64,000 nucleotides of DNA from Mobula hypostoma (taxonomy: Eukaryota), in contig NC_086097.1 in the NCBI RefSeq assembly GCF_963921235.1, positions 162,690,001-162,754,000 of the forward strand. The letters run 5' to 3'. The notes beneath the pieces are model-generated. The model did no database searches. It was not told where the DNA came from and was given only the letters and a program-made list of their open reading frames with translations. Positions 25,413-38,095 of this stretch are shown in pieces (the stretch's first letter is position 1; every line of letters begins with the position of its first letter). The translations under genes and the position numbers were made by a program.

Positions 25413-26199
25413 TAATCTATCAGCTCAGATCTTTATGCCTGGGCTAATAAAGGGAAGTTTTCTATTTGCCTTATGAACCTGTACTTCTATATCTAAGACT
25501 TTATTGAAATGCAGTGCAAGGTCCCTCTGTTCCTCCTTACCATTTTTTTTTGTGTACATATTTGCCTCATGCCCCGTCACTTCATTAAAGCAGGTGGACC
25601 AAACTGTGTGGCAGCAGATGGTGCTCCAACACAGTTTAATCCTGATGTCTGGAGCTATATGTGGGATTTGCACAGTCTGTCTGTATCTATGTGGATTCAC
25701 CTTGGGAGCTACATCTGTTTGCTCCCACGTCCCAAGGATGTGCTGGTTGCTAAATCAGTGGGCCACTGTGTGTTGACAGGTGGATAGCAAGTGAATTGTG
25801 ATGGAGATGAGCATATGAGAGAGAAGTAAGGAGGTGAATGGAATTAACTGAATCACTCTAGAGCTAGCATGGAGTTGATGGGCCAAATCTATCTTATGAA
25901 AAAATGTAAAGAAAATTTGAAGTCTATAGAGTTCCTATTCACGAAGTTATTTTTTATTCTCTGCAAGTTATGTGCCAACACAAGCTTACCCTTATTCAAT
26001 GAGCTTTAGTTAGCACATCATTGACTTCCCTGGAACTGAATAACAGAGGGAGAGTTGAATGGACATGAAATGTCTGTTGGCTCTCTAGTGCTCACTAAAA
26101 CAAATAATAGTTTGCATGTTCCCTCGTATGTTAAGTCTAGTGTATCAAGTACTTTTGTCTGAAACTCTTTGCTTATCTGCACAAATTCTCCCAGGTTAG

Positions 26200-27560
26200 C
26201 CCTCCGGAATTAGTTATTTTGATGTTGGGTAAAAGGTGCTGGCTATCTATTCTATCAATACCTCTGACAATCTTATAAACTTCTGACAGAGCAGTTCTCC
26301 CTTCAGCCTCATCATTCCAGAGAAAACTACTCGTCTGTTCGATCTCTCGTTATAGCATATACCCTTTAATCCAAGCAGCATCCTGGTTTGGATTTGGCAC
26401 CTCTTTGGCACACTGTCCAAAGCCCAATCATCCTTCCTATAATGGAGTGTCCAGAATCCAATGTAATACACCAGATACGGTGGGAACAGAGTTTTATAAC
26501 TCCTGAACTCAATTCCTCAACTAATAAAGACAAACTTGCCATACGCCTTCTTTACCACTCTATCAACATGTGTAGACACTTAAAAGGAGCTTTGGACATG
26601 GATCCCAAAATCTCTGTTTACACCAATACTGTTATGTTCATAGAGTCACACAGCACTACAGCACAGAAACAGGCACATCAGTCCTACACTTAAATTACAA
26701 AACATATCATGGTAATCACTTTAGTGGTTAAATATACTTCTAATCTCATTGAGAGGAACCATGGGGTTGATAATTTGTAGGATAGATGTGGGTAGTGGTG
26801 GTGATAGAGAAAGGAGTTAAGTACTTGTTCCTTTCCCATTCAGAATCCAGAAGCTGTAACTTAGGATGAATGAGAATAACTAGTGTAGGGGATAGTTAGA
26901 TAAGTTTGCCAAACTGTTCTGAAACGATCCATTGGGTCATAGAGCATACAGCATGGAAAGCCCTGCAATCCAACTTGTCCATGCTGAGCAAAATGGCTAA
27001 GTTGATCCTCTTTCCCTATATTTGGCTCATATCCGTCAAACCTTTCTTATCCCTGTACCTGTCCAATAGTCTTTTGAACATTGTAATTGTACCTGCCTCT
27101 GCCACTTCCTCTGGCAGATTATTCCATGTACCCACCATACTCTGGAAAAGCCTGTCTCTCTGATACCCTCTCACCTTAAACCTATGCTCTCTAGTTTTAA
27201 GCTCTCTTACATTGCAATCCCAAACTCTGACAATTCCTATCACCACTCCACCCCCCAACAGATGCTTCCAGACTAGGCTGTTCTTCCAAACCTATCCAGT
27301 CTTTCCTTATCACTCAAGCCCCCCATTCCATATGAATCTCTTCTGCATCTTTTCTACTTTCATCAGATTCTTTATGCAGCACGGTGACGTAAGTGCACAC
27401 TACACCCTATATGTGGTCTACATCTGTGTTATCACATCCCCACTCTTGTACTCTATCCAATAAAGGCAAGCATGCTATATGCTACCTTTGCAAACCTGCC
27501 CACCCATGTCACCATTTTCAGGGACAGCGTACCCCCACATCTCTCTGTTCGTCAACTCTT
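26200..27560 (-). mobile_element. Two CR1 3' fragments (about 26200-26620 and 26930-27560)
   Basis: Minus-strand FWTLHYRKDDWALDSVPKR and VGTWNNLPEEVAEAGTITMFKRLLDRY. Confidence 0.75.
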
Positions 27561-27903
27561 CTCACTGGAAGAATATTCGTGTTTTTACTGAAGGAACTGT
27601 AGGCAGTACGGCAGGTTAAATTAGTTTGTTGCAGGTAATCACTGCCTGTGGCACCATTGAAATGCTGGAGCTTCAGGCTCAGGAAAAGTTACATATTTTA
27701 GGTAGCTCTTTTTTTCCATTTTTTATAAATCATTGAGTTGTCAATCACGACAGTAGATCATTCTGAAGGGATCAGTACCAGGGAAACAAATTGTTCCAGA
27801 TGACAGCCTGATAAGACTTCAGGAAGTGACCTGTCTGGCTTGTTTTGGCACTACTTTCGCAATGTGGTTCATGGACTGTCTCCATATGATCAGTGAACTA
27901 CAC

Positions 27904-29147
27904 CAGGGGTCCCCAACCTTTTTTGCACTGCGGACCGGTTTATTATTGACAATATTCTTGCGGACCGGCCGACCTGGGGTGGGGGTGAGGGTAGGATAGG
28001 GCTGCCAACGGACAAGGGTAGCAGTCAAATACATTGTGTTTACCCCGAGAAAGACTACGATGACCATGAAACCTTGTGCGGGCACCAGTGCGCATGCGTG
28101 ACTTGCACATGCGTGTATGTGCCGATTTTTTTTCCTACAAATCGTTCTTGGCGATTCTGTTCGGGGGGGAGTGGTAGTGGAGTTAATCACAACCGGTATA
28201 TAGGTGATAAGTGGCTAATACACTCAATTTCATTTCTAAAAGTGTTCATCTAACGAATTTAATATTAAACACGCAGCGCATATTTTCCTCGCATGAATAT
28301 AGTGATAAGTCAATTATTGAGGCAGACGGGAGCTTGAAGTAAAGTGTTGAACGAACTTCCAGTAGAAGGGGTAGAGGCAGGTTCGATATTATCATTTAAA
28401 GAAAAATTGGATAGGTATATGGACAGGAAAAGAATGGAGGGTTATGGGCTGAGTGCAGGTCGGTGGGACTAGGTGAGAGTAGCGTTCGGCACGGACTAGA
28501 AGGGCAGAGATGGCCTGTTTCCGTGCTGTAATTGTTATATGGTTATATAAGTCACTTATAAGTCAATAGCATCATAACATTTTAAGTAACGTTTGGATAT
28601 TAAACACACAGCACATATTTTCCCTGTATGAACATATAAAATCATTGCAACACACCAATATCGCTGAATCAGTGGGAGCCCTGGGCTTGTTTCCCTGCAA
28701 CAAGACGGTCCCATCAAGGGGTGATGGGAGACAGCGATACTCAAAGGGGGTTCCTTATGTCCAGTCTATTCCGCAATTTAGTTTTCGTTGCATTCGTTGC
28801 AGAGATATGTTGGAAATGGAAGCAATGTTTTCAGTACTTTCATGGCTATCTCAGGATATTTAGCCTTGACTTTGATCCAGAATGCCGGCAGAGATGTTAT
28901 GTCAAACATACTTTTCAGCCTGCCGTCGTTTGCAAGCTCGAGGAGTTGATCTCCTTCCTGTGCTGACATGGATGACGCACGGGTAATGACCTCGCGTGCG
29001 TTCAAGCTCAACAGTGGGCGTGACAGGGAATGAGGAAAAGTGCAGCTGACTCATATCGCCAAATCATATTGTTTCCTCGCGGCCTGGTAGCACATACATG
29101 CTTTGCAGCCCGGTACTGCTCCGCGGCCTGGTGGTTGGGGACCGCTG
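27904..29147 (-). mobile_element. hAT (Charlie/MER1-like) non-autonomous DNA transposon with C-terminal transposase remnant
   Basis: TIRs CAGGGGTCCCCAACC / GGTTGGGGACCGCTG; 8-bp TSD aactacac (27896-27903) / aactaccc (29148-29155). Minus-strand DQLLELANDGRLKSMF...FWIKVKAKYPEIA..LLPFPTYLC and WDRLVAGKQAQGSH (hAT dimerisation region). Confidence 0.9.
28325..28548 (+). mobile_element. CR1 3' end nested inside the hAT element
   Basis: NELPVEGVEAGSILSFKEKLDRYMD followed by a CR1-type UTR ending gtgctgtaattgttatatggttatat. Confidence 0.8.
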
Positions 29148-30159
29148 AACTACCCAACAAGAAGTAAAGAAGCAGGTGCAGTAATACAGAGATAAACTAA
29201 TTCTGAACTTTTATACAATATAATCTTGTAAATAAATGAGTGATTTTTATATTTGCATATGCGAGTATAATTCTTGGGAAACTTATAGTATACACTGGCT
29301 CCAAATTTTAGTTTAACATTTTACGACAGGCATGTAAACATTGTGGTCTCCTAATTGGCTTCTATTCCAGATCTCATTCCTGCTCTAGCTTGTAATGCTT
29401 TGTTGGATTTTTGTTAAGTAAAGGAATATGGGGCAAAGGCTATTCATTTCGGATCAGTTGTGATTGTATTGGACGATGGTAGAAGCTCCGAGAGCCATGA
29501 TCCAATAGGAGATGGAATAATTCCCAATATAGAACAGGCCATGAGGATCATCTGGGAAGGATGGTTGATTAAGGCATGTGGGAGGGATTTGCATTTGTGA
29601 CTTGCCTGGTCATCAACTTTGAATTTTTCTCACTTTGCTGCTGGCACTGTGGTTATTTTAACACAAGTGGGACATCATTGTGGATATCCATTAAAAGTCT
29701 AAGCAGTTTGGGCAAGCTTTTGTATTAACCATGCTTCAGGGATATTGCTTCCCAGTAAAGCAGGTGACAAATAAAAGGGGTAAAGAAAGCAGGACAGGGA
29801 AGATTACTGGCTCACTTGAAAAACAAAAGCATGAGCATTAGGAGGAATGGAGCAGCACTGTAAGAGAGGTAAGAGGGACAAAGAGAAGTCTTCAAGTTAC
29901 GTAGCATGGAACCTGGCCCTTCTGTCCTCCAAGGCACACTTACACAAATTCCATTTTATTCTTCCCATACTCTCACTCACATCTCCCAGATTCTAACACG
30001 TGGGGGCAATTTGTGGCTAATTGACTTTCCAATCTTCATGCCTTTAGGATATGGGGGTGGGGGGGGGGGGAACTGGACTATGAAATGGAAACCCATGTGG
30101 TGACAGGATGATCTGTGTGTGTGACAGGTAGGTGGTACTATGAGCAGCCAGGTCCTCAA

Positions 30160-30930
30160 CCTTCTCCACTGTCACTGTTTGCCCAATGCAAGCTAGAGGA
30201 ACACCACCTCATATTTCGCCTAGGTAGTGTAGAGGCCAAAGGCAGGAAAGTGGTTTTTCAGTTTTAAGTAAAGCTCTCCTCTGGTAGCTTCATTCCCCTT
30301 CTGCATCACCAAGTTCTCACTCCTCCCCACCCACTCTCCTTACAATCCATCTCCAGTCTTACCATTTTTGTTCCCTTTCCTTCAAACCCTAGCCCTTCAA
30401 AAATCATCTTTAAATCCTCTTTCTCCTCATTCTTTCCACCCACTAAACACACAGTTCACCCATTGCACCACACTCCCTCTGCTATCTTCTATCTGTAATT
30501 CACTCTTCTCTAATGGTTCCCATTATCACCTCCAGTACTTCTCAGAGTCTAGCTCTAGCGTTTCACCTTTCCTCCCTCTGGTCATCTCTAACCTTCACGC
30601 TCTCTTTCTTGTCCCTTGCTCTGTTTTTTCTCTCCTTTTGTTTCCGTCTATCATCCACCTGCCACTGTCTCCCAACTCCACCCCACTCCCCTTTCTGGAG
30701 CAACCTGCTTGCCATCTTATACCACTTCTCAGTCCACCAGTCACCTTGGACTCCTGTCTTACCACCTCCATTCTCCTGGCCATCTTGCCTCTCCACTCTC
30801 AGTCCTGATGCAGGATTTTGATCCAAATCATTACAAATTTCTTTTCTTCCACTGCTGTTGCCTGAGCCATAGAGTTCCTCCAGCAGATGGTTTGTTGCTC
30901 CAGATTCCAGTATCTTCAGTGCCTCTCTGA
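30160..30930 (+). mobile_element. Old Penelope-like 3' fragment
   Basis: KLEEHHLIFRLGS at about 30190-30230, long pyrimidine-rich UTR, decayed hammerhead cagtcctgatgcagg at about 30800, and a gagttcctccagca...ccagtatcttcag tail. Confidence 0.7.
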
Positions 30931-32219
30931 ATATTGTTTAACTTTTGATACGTGTAGACATAGATGTTTTTATTTGCTAAGGATTTGTGAATGGAATTGA
31001 ATGTTGGGTATGATGCTGATGATTGGACACTGTTGGCCTTAGGATGGAAGGAAGATCTTTAATGAAGGAGATGAAAATGATTAAATCTAATAGACTACCT
31101 TATAGAAGACTTGCAGTGACATCCAGGGACTGAGATGATTGATCTCAAACATCCACAACTATAGTCATATATGACAGAAGCAGGCCCTGTAGTCCACTAG
31201 CACGCACCCATCGATAGTAATCCGATTGAGCAGGACTTCTCTGCAGCCATCAAGTTATTCGCAATTGAAACACTTGCTAAGGTATGATGAGAATCTCTGC
31301 CTCCATTAGTTCCTCAACAGTCTTCCTTTGTGGGAAGGGTGACTTCAACCACAAGAGTACTTTCCCCTGGAAGTTTGATGTGACATTTTAACTGGTAGAA
31401 AAAGGGAATGAGATTACACTTCCACCAGATGTTTTCACAAAACTAAAATTGCTTTCAGTAATATTTTATTTTAGGAAGTGCTGTGTTAATGCACCATCGG
31501 CATTATGCTCCAACTTCCATAAGGAGAATACATGATTTCAATGGTACAATACCTAACTTAACCTTTCCACTCTGTACTCCATGTGGTGTGACAGTGGTAC
31601 CTGTTAATGGACTCTATCCTACATCTCTGCTTCATCTTCAGAAGAAAGGCACAGATTATTTTCTGGAGGGACTTCCTGACAGGCTAGGAAACTGACATAT
31701 GTTGCACATCCACAATCTAAAATCTGCTTTTGTCATGATTGTTCTGACTGCTCAGAATAACAATCTCTGAAATTTCACAACCTGTGCAAGATGGTGCCTC
31801 TCACCTTTTATTATTGTTGGTCAAGAGTGAGGGCTGATTAACTTTCTTCAGCTGTTCTGGCACTCAATGAATCAACTGTAACTAAGCAACGTGCCTGACG
31901 TGGTTCACCACTAGCACACAATGAAGGTCAGCATAAAGCTTCATGCTTGCAGCGATTGCTTGTTTATCATGTAACTGATCGACAACCCACAACCAAAAAT
32001 GATTGCAATGAAAGGTTATTGTTCTAAAGCATAATTTAAAAAAACATTTTCTGGGAATGATGCAAATTAATAATCGTAGTCATATGTGCCAAGAACAGGC
32101 CCTTCAGCCCAGTGTCTCTGCTGATCACCAGTAAAGCTTTCTTAGAATGAATTCCTTTTCTATTGTAAGTGTAGGCTGCTGAATCATATTAATGATGCAG
32201 GAAATCAACTCTGAGATAT

Positions 32220-34120
32220 ATGTATATAAAAATACAGAGCCAGAGTATATTTAAGACAACAAAAAATAGTGGGAAACTGGAGGATTGGGAAGTTTTTAAG
32301 GAAACTGAACTTTAACAGAAAGGAACTTTTTAAAAAAAAAAGCAATAAGGAGAGGAGATATGAAGGTGAGCTAGCCAATACTAGAAAAGAGGATACCAAA
32401 AGTTTTTCAGATAGATAAAAGAGAGGCAAGAGTGGAAATCTGACCAATGTTACTCGAGAGGTTGTAATGGGCGGGAGGGGGGAGACAAAAGAATGACAGA
32501 TAATTAAGTATTTTGCATTAGTCTTCACAATGGAAGGCACTAGCAATAAGCCAGAAGTTCAAGTGTGTAGTCAGAAATGAGTGTAGTCATTATTACCAAG
32601 GAAAAGGTGCTTGGAGCTGAAAGGTCTGAAAATAGTCCATATGGACTACATCTTAGTGTTCCAAAAGAGGTAGCTAAAGAGATGTTGAAGCATTAGTAGA
32701 GTTACTAGATTCTGGAATGGATCTGGAGGAGTGGAAATGGCAAATGTCACTCCACTCTTTAAGAAGGGAGGGAGGCAAGCAAAACAGAGGAAATTATAAG
32801 CTGTTTAGTCTGACTTTAGTGGTTGGCAAAATGTTAGATTCCATTATTAAAGATGAGGTTTCAGGGTACTTGGAGGATAAAGTAGGCCAAAATCTGCATG
32901 GTTTCCTGAACGGGAAATCATGTCTAACAAATCTGTTTGAATATAACAACAGGCAGCATGGCCAAGTAGACTCAGTGAATGTTGTTTACTTGGATTTTCA
33001 GAAAGCCTTTGACAAGGTGTCACACAAGAAACTGCTAAACAAGTTAAGAGCCCATGGACAGAAGATTGGCTGACTGGCAAGTGCAAAGAGTGAGAATAAA
33101 GGAGGCCTTTTCTGGTTGGCTGCTGGTGACTAGTGGTGTTCCGCAGTGGTGTTGGGTTTGGCACTTTTCATGTTAATGATCTGAATGATGGACTTATTGG
33201 TTTTGTGGCCAAATTTGCCGATGTTCGAAGAATAGGTGGAGGAGCTGGCAGTATCTAGGAAGCATGGAGTCTGCAGGAGGACTTGGACAGATTGGGAGAA
33301 TGGACAAAGAAGTGGAGGATGGAATACAGTGTAGCGAAGTGTATGGTCATGCACTTTGCTAGAAAGAATAAAGGCATAATCTGTTTTCTAAATGGGGAGC
33401 GAATTCAGAAATTGGGGGTGCAAAGGGACTTTGGAGACCTAGTCCAGGATTCCCAAAGAATAACTTGCTGGTTGAGTCAGTAGTAAGGAAAGAAAATGTA
33501 ATGCTAGCATTCACCTCAAGAGGACTGGAATATAAAAACAAGGATGTAATGCTGAAGTTTTATAATATGTTTGTCAGACCGCACTTAAGGTATTGTGAGC
33601 AGTTTTGGGCTCCTTATCTAAGAAAGGATGTGCTGGCATTGGAGAGCATCCAAAGGAGATTCACACAAATGATCCCAGAAAGTGAAAGGGTTAACATGAG
33701 GAATGTTTGGCTGTGGACCTGTACTGACTGCAGTTTTGAAGAATGAGGGGATAATCCCAGTGAAACCTACTGAATATTGAAAAGCCTAAGTAAAGCAGAC
33801 GTCGAGAGGATGTTTCCAGTCGGAGAGTTTTGGACCAGAGGCATAGACTCAGAATAGAAAGGTGCTCCTTTGGAATGGAGATGAGGAGGAATTTTTTAGC
33901 CTGAAGGTGGTGAATCTGTAGAATTCATTGCCACAGGCAGTTATAGGGGTCATATCATGGGGTATAATTAAAATGAAGGTTGAAAGGTTCTTGATTATTA
34001 AGGGTGTAAAGGATTAAGTTGAAAAGGCAGGAGAATGGGGTTGAGAGGGAAAATGATCTACCATGGTAATTCTGAACCGGCAGAATGGCCTAATCCTGCT
34101 TCTATGTCTTATGGTCTCAT
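32220..34120 (+). mobile_element. CR1-clade LINE, RT through 3' end (many frameshifts)
   Basis: GNYKLFSLTLVVGKML, VVYLDFQKAFDKVSH, KFADV, VRPHLRYCEQFWAPYL; tail tctatgtcttatggtctcatg. Confidence 0.88.
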
Positions 34121-34249
34121 GATCTTATTATTTTTTTGTTTTCTGGGATGCTAACCAGCTTAAAATTGTGATTGAAATGAAACTATATGCTTCCAGTGAA
34201 CTGGACAGATCTGATAATAGGTCATCAACTTGAAACACTACCCATTTTA

Positions 34250-34729
34250 GTCTCAAAAGATATTGTATAGGAGCATTTGACCATTCAGTCCATTGAGTCT
34301 GCTCCACCATTTGATAATATCTGATTTATTTCCCTCTCAACCCCATTCTCCTGTTTTCTCTCATGACTCACATACACTTACTAATCAAGAAACTACCAAC
34401 CTCTGCTTTAAATATACCCAAATGACTTGGCCTACACACTTCTCTGTGGCAATGAATTCCATGGATTCACCACCCTCTGGCTTTAATAAAAAAAAAGTCC
34501 TCCTCCTATCTGTTCTAAAGGGATATCATTTATTTTAAGAACAGCGTCCTCTAGTCCTGGACTTCCCCACTACTGGAAACATCTCCCCATCCACTCTATC
34601 CTGGCTTTTCAATATTTGGTTGGTTTGAATGATATCACTCCCCCCCACCCCCACCTCATCTATCTAAACTCCGTTGAGTACAGGCCCAGAGCCGTCAGTA
34701 ACCCTGGCCTCCCTGAGATTCTTCTCGTG
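34250..34729 (-). mobile_element. CR1 3' end (continues about 36541-36790 beyond the Tigger insertion)
   Basis: Reverse complement of the same CR1 3' region seen at 33750-34120. Confidence 0.75.
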
Positions 34730-34818
34730 TACAGGTGCCCCCCGCTTTTCGAACGTTCGCTTTACGAAACCTCACTGTTACGAAAGACCTACATTAGTAC
34801 CCTGTTTTCGCTTCCAGA

Positions 34819-35053
34819 GTTGCTGGTGAACGCAGCAGGCCAGGCAGCATCTCTAGGAAGAGGTACAGTCGACGTTTCAGGCCTAGACCCTTCGTCAGAT
34901 TGCTTGAATTTCCAGCATCTGCAGAGTCCTGATGAAGGGTCTCGGCCTGAAACGTTGACTGTACCTCTTCCTAGAGATGCTGCCTGGCCTGCTGTGTTCA
35001 CCAGCAACTTTGATGTGTATTGCTTGAATTTCCAGCATCTGCAGAATTCCTCA
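34819..35053 (+). mobile_element. Palindromic Penelope-terminus-derived element with hammerhead motifs on both strands
   Basis: Arms 34818-34898 and 34929-35009 are near-perfect inverted repeats. + strand CTGATGA...GAAACGTT; minus strand CTGACGA...GAAACGTC. 16-bp TSD (14/16) at 34803-34818 and 35054-35069. Confidence 0.88.
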
Positions 35054-35705
35054 TGTTTTTGCTTTCAGAAGGTGTTTTCACTGTTACGAAAAAATTCAGC
35101 GTGTGATAAAAAATCAGCGCGCAATAAAAGGCAGCGCGTGCCCCGAGCAGCCGCTCTCCCCTGGATTCAGAACGGCATTGCTTTAACACGTGCCTGTGAG
35201 CAGCCATTTGCAAGATGAGTTCTGTGGTATCGGAGAAGCCTGAAAGAGCTCGTAAGGGTGTTACACTCAGCGTAAAACTAGACATAATTAAGCGTTTCGA
35301 TTGTGGTGAACTAAGTAAGAACAAAGTGAGTTTGGCTTGTGGAAGCTGACGAACATGATGTTGAAGAGGTTTTGGCATCCCATGACCAAGAACTGACAGA
35401 TGAAGAGCTGATGTAATTGGAAGAAAAAAGCATAACAATCAAAACCGAATGAGTAATGATAAAGTACGACTTTAATTTTGAAAGGGTACGTCGGTTTAGG
35501 GGATATTTGCAGGATGGTTTGAGTCCTTACAAAGAACTGTGTGATAGAAAAATGAGCGAGGCTCATCAGTCAAGCAAGCCTTCCACGTCAGCCACAGCAG
35601 ACGACAAACCTCGACCTTCGACATCGAGGCGGGCAGTCATAGGAGAAGATGAGCTGCCTGCTCTAATGGAAACAGATGACAAGATGACATCCCTGTGTCC
35701 CAGCA

Positions 35706-36033
35706 CCCCAACCCCCAGGCCATGGACAGATACCGATTCGCGGAGAATGCAACGGTAGCCGGGAGGCACACAGCACATCTGTAAGAAAAATGCTGAAATA
35801 AACATGCTAATTAATTAGGTGCCGCCCGACACGTAATTGTCGGCCCAGATCAGAGACGACACAATTGAAAATCGTCTCTGATCTGGGCCAACAATTATGT
35901 GCCAGGTGGCACCTAATTAATTAGCATGTTTGTTTCAGCTTTTTTCTTAAAGATGTGCTGTGTGCCTCCTGGCTACCGCTGCACCCCTGCATGCTTCGCG
36001 GCAATGTATCAGTCAGTGGCCTGGAGGGTGGGG
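35706..36033. repeat. Long imperfect inverted repeat inside the Tigger-like element
   Basis: Core arms 35748-35859 and 35872-35983 with a 12-nt loop; weaker outer arms ccccaacccccaggcca...gatac / gtatc...tggcctggagggtgggg. Confidence 0.88.
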
Positions 36034-36959
36034 GCCACTGCACCATCCAACCTGTGACGACTCAGTCTAACACACCATCATCTGTGTGCTCGGCGCTGTC
36101 TTCCCGATTCCGGTAAGTGATACTACACTGTACATACATTATTTCTACTTTATATCGGCTGTGTATTTTTACGTGTTATTTGGTATGATTTGGCAGCTTC
36201 ATAGCTTAAAGGTTACTGGAGAGCACTTGCGCCGTGTTTTTGCCAACGGTGCTTGCATGAGATTTTTGCTACGGAGAACAGTTCAGTAATGATTGTGGAG
36301 AAGTATTTCTACTTTATATAGGCTGTGTATTTATCGTATCATTCCTGCTTTTACTATATGTTACTGTTATTTTAGGTTTTGTGTGTTACTTGGCGTGATT
36401 TGGCAGGTCATTTTTGGGTCTGCGAACGCTCACAAAATTTTCCCATATAAATAAATGGTAATTGCTGCTTCACTTTACGACATTTTGGACGAACCGTTTC
36501 ATAGGAATGCTCTACCTTCGGATGGCAGGGGAAACCTGTACTTCCTCTAGACCCTTTCCAAAGCCAGCACTTGCTTTCTTAGATATGGGGTCCAAACTGC
36601 TTACGGTACTCCAAATACAGTCAGACCAATGCCTTATCAGCATTGCATCAGTGCTTTTACATTCTAGTCCTCTTAAAATGAATGCTAACATTGCATTTGC
36701 CTTCCTTGTTACCATCTCAACCTGCAAGTTAACCTAGGATGCCCAAGCTTGGCCACAAAGCCATCAATTCTGTCATCCAGATCATTAATTGATAGCTATT
36801 TTACTTGTATGATATTAATTATTATTTACATATTGGCCTACAGTAATAGTATACAAGCACATCTAGATCCCTTTGAAGATTGTGTTGTCTCTGGGCTAAC
36901 ACTCAACTTTTATTTGTTGATGGCATCAATGTGGATAATCTCACAACAAGAGAAGTTAT

Positions 36960-37480
36960 TCCACGTACACAGATCTTGTGAATATCCCCTTTGAAAACTC
37001 TTTGCATCTTCTTCTGTATCCAAGTTTCCACCTAATTTTGTCTTTGGCAAACTTGGCAATGTGCTCGGCCAAATGGTTGAAATATATTGTGAAGAGCTGG
37101 GGCCAAGGTACTGATCCCTGTAGTATCCCGGTAGTTAAATTAGACAATATGCGAAGGATCCCTTTGCTTCCATTCTTTGCTTTCTGACTCAGATAATTTT
37201 AAACAAAAGTGCCTGTTAGTATATTATCCTCAATTTCATGTAGATTAATCTTCTTGATCAATTTCCTGTCTGAGACCCTATTAAGTGCCTTCCAGTAATC
37301 CAAAAGGACTACATTGATCAGCTCGCCTTTCTCCTTTCTGCTAGTTACCTTGTTAAAGAACTCCTGCGGATTAAATCAAATGTAATTTCCTTTTCATAAA
37401 TCCATGTTGTCTCAGCTCAATTCTATTATCCTTACCAAAATATTCTGTTGTTACAGTTTTCAGCAATTCCCTTATGACTG
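36960..37480 (-). mobile_element. Old CR1 RT fragment
   Basis: Minus-strand LTTGILQGSVPWPQLFTIYFNHL...IAKFAKD. Confidence 0.7.
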
Positions 37481-37993
37481 ACTCAGACCAGTGTCATCCA
37501 GTGAGTTGATAAGTAAGACTTGTGGTCCTGATGCAGTACTTAAACTCAAAGCATTGACAATGACTTCCCTCCCACAGATGTGCTCTATCAGGCAGATTGT
37601 TAGTGAGTCCATAAGTAAAATGGATCAATGGAAACCTATAGATCCTTGGTAACATCCTGACCAATAGGCATCTTTGGAATTGTTTGAAGTGGCTCTTATT
37701 TGGGAGTTCCTGTTTAGAAGACACATTATACTCATTGTTTAAGGAACAGCTTCCTCTTCTCTGCCATCAGATTTCTGAACAGTCTGAGCCTCACTCCACT
37801 ATTTTCACACTACTTGTTTAGTTATTTATCTTTATTGTAAGATATTATTTTTATGTATTGCACTGTGCTGCCACAAACAGTAAGTTTCTTGGCATATGTC
37901 AGTGATCATAAACTTGATTCTGAATCTGTGTCAAAAACCAGAATCAGTCATCATTTATCAACTCACACTGATGACATGTGATAAGCATTGCTG

Positions 37994-38095
37994 TCCTGGT
38001 GATGGGTCTCAGCCTGAAACATTGACTCTTTACCTTTTCCCTTAGATGCTGCCGGACCTGCTGAGTTCCTCCAGCATTTTGGGTGTGTGTTGCTA
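37994..38095 (+). mobile_element. Single-arm Penelope-terminus fragment with decayed hammerhead
   Basis: gtcctggtgatgggtctcagcctgaaacattgact...gatgctgccggacctgctgagttcctccagcatttt. Confidence 0.75.

Larger units (their letters stand above)
34732..36538 (+). mobile_element. Tigger/pogo-type (Tc1/mariner) internally deleted DNA transposon
   Basis: TA flanks at 34730-31 and 36539-40; imperfect TIRs CAGGTGCCCCCCGC / GCAGGGGAAACCTG. N-terminal remnant MSSVVSEKPERARKGVTLSVKLDIIKRFD (CENP-B-like HTH) from about 35215; C-terminal remnants DVEEVLASHDQELTDEEL and YDFNFERVRRF. Confidence 0.82.

Noticed and set aside
25052..25413. ORFs with VC/TH repeats
   Set aside because: Translations of the (CA)n microsatellite.
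31475..31695. Possible extra exon (ttttAG followed by a 70-aa ORF)
   Set aside because: Exon B ends in phase 0, and that frame hits TAA after four codons. The open frame is incompatible and shows no family similarity.
34616..35438. 200-aa and 146-aa ORFs
   Set aside because: Chimeric read-through across CR1, Tigger and foldback pieces, with no coherent domain.
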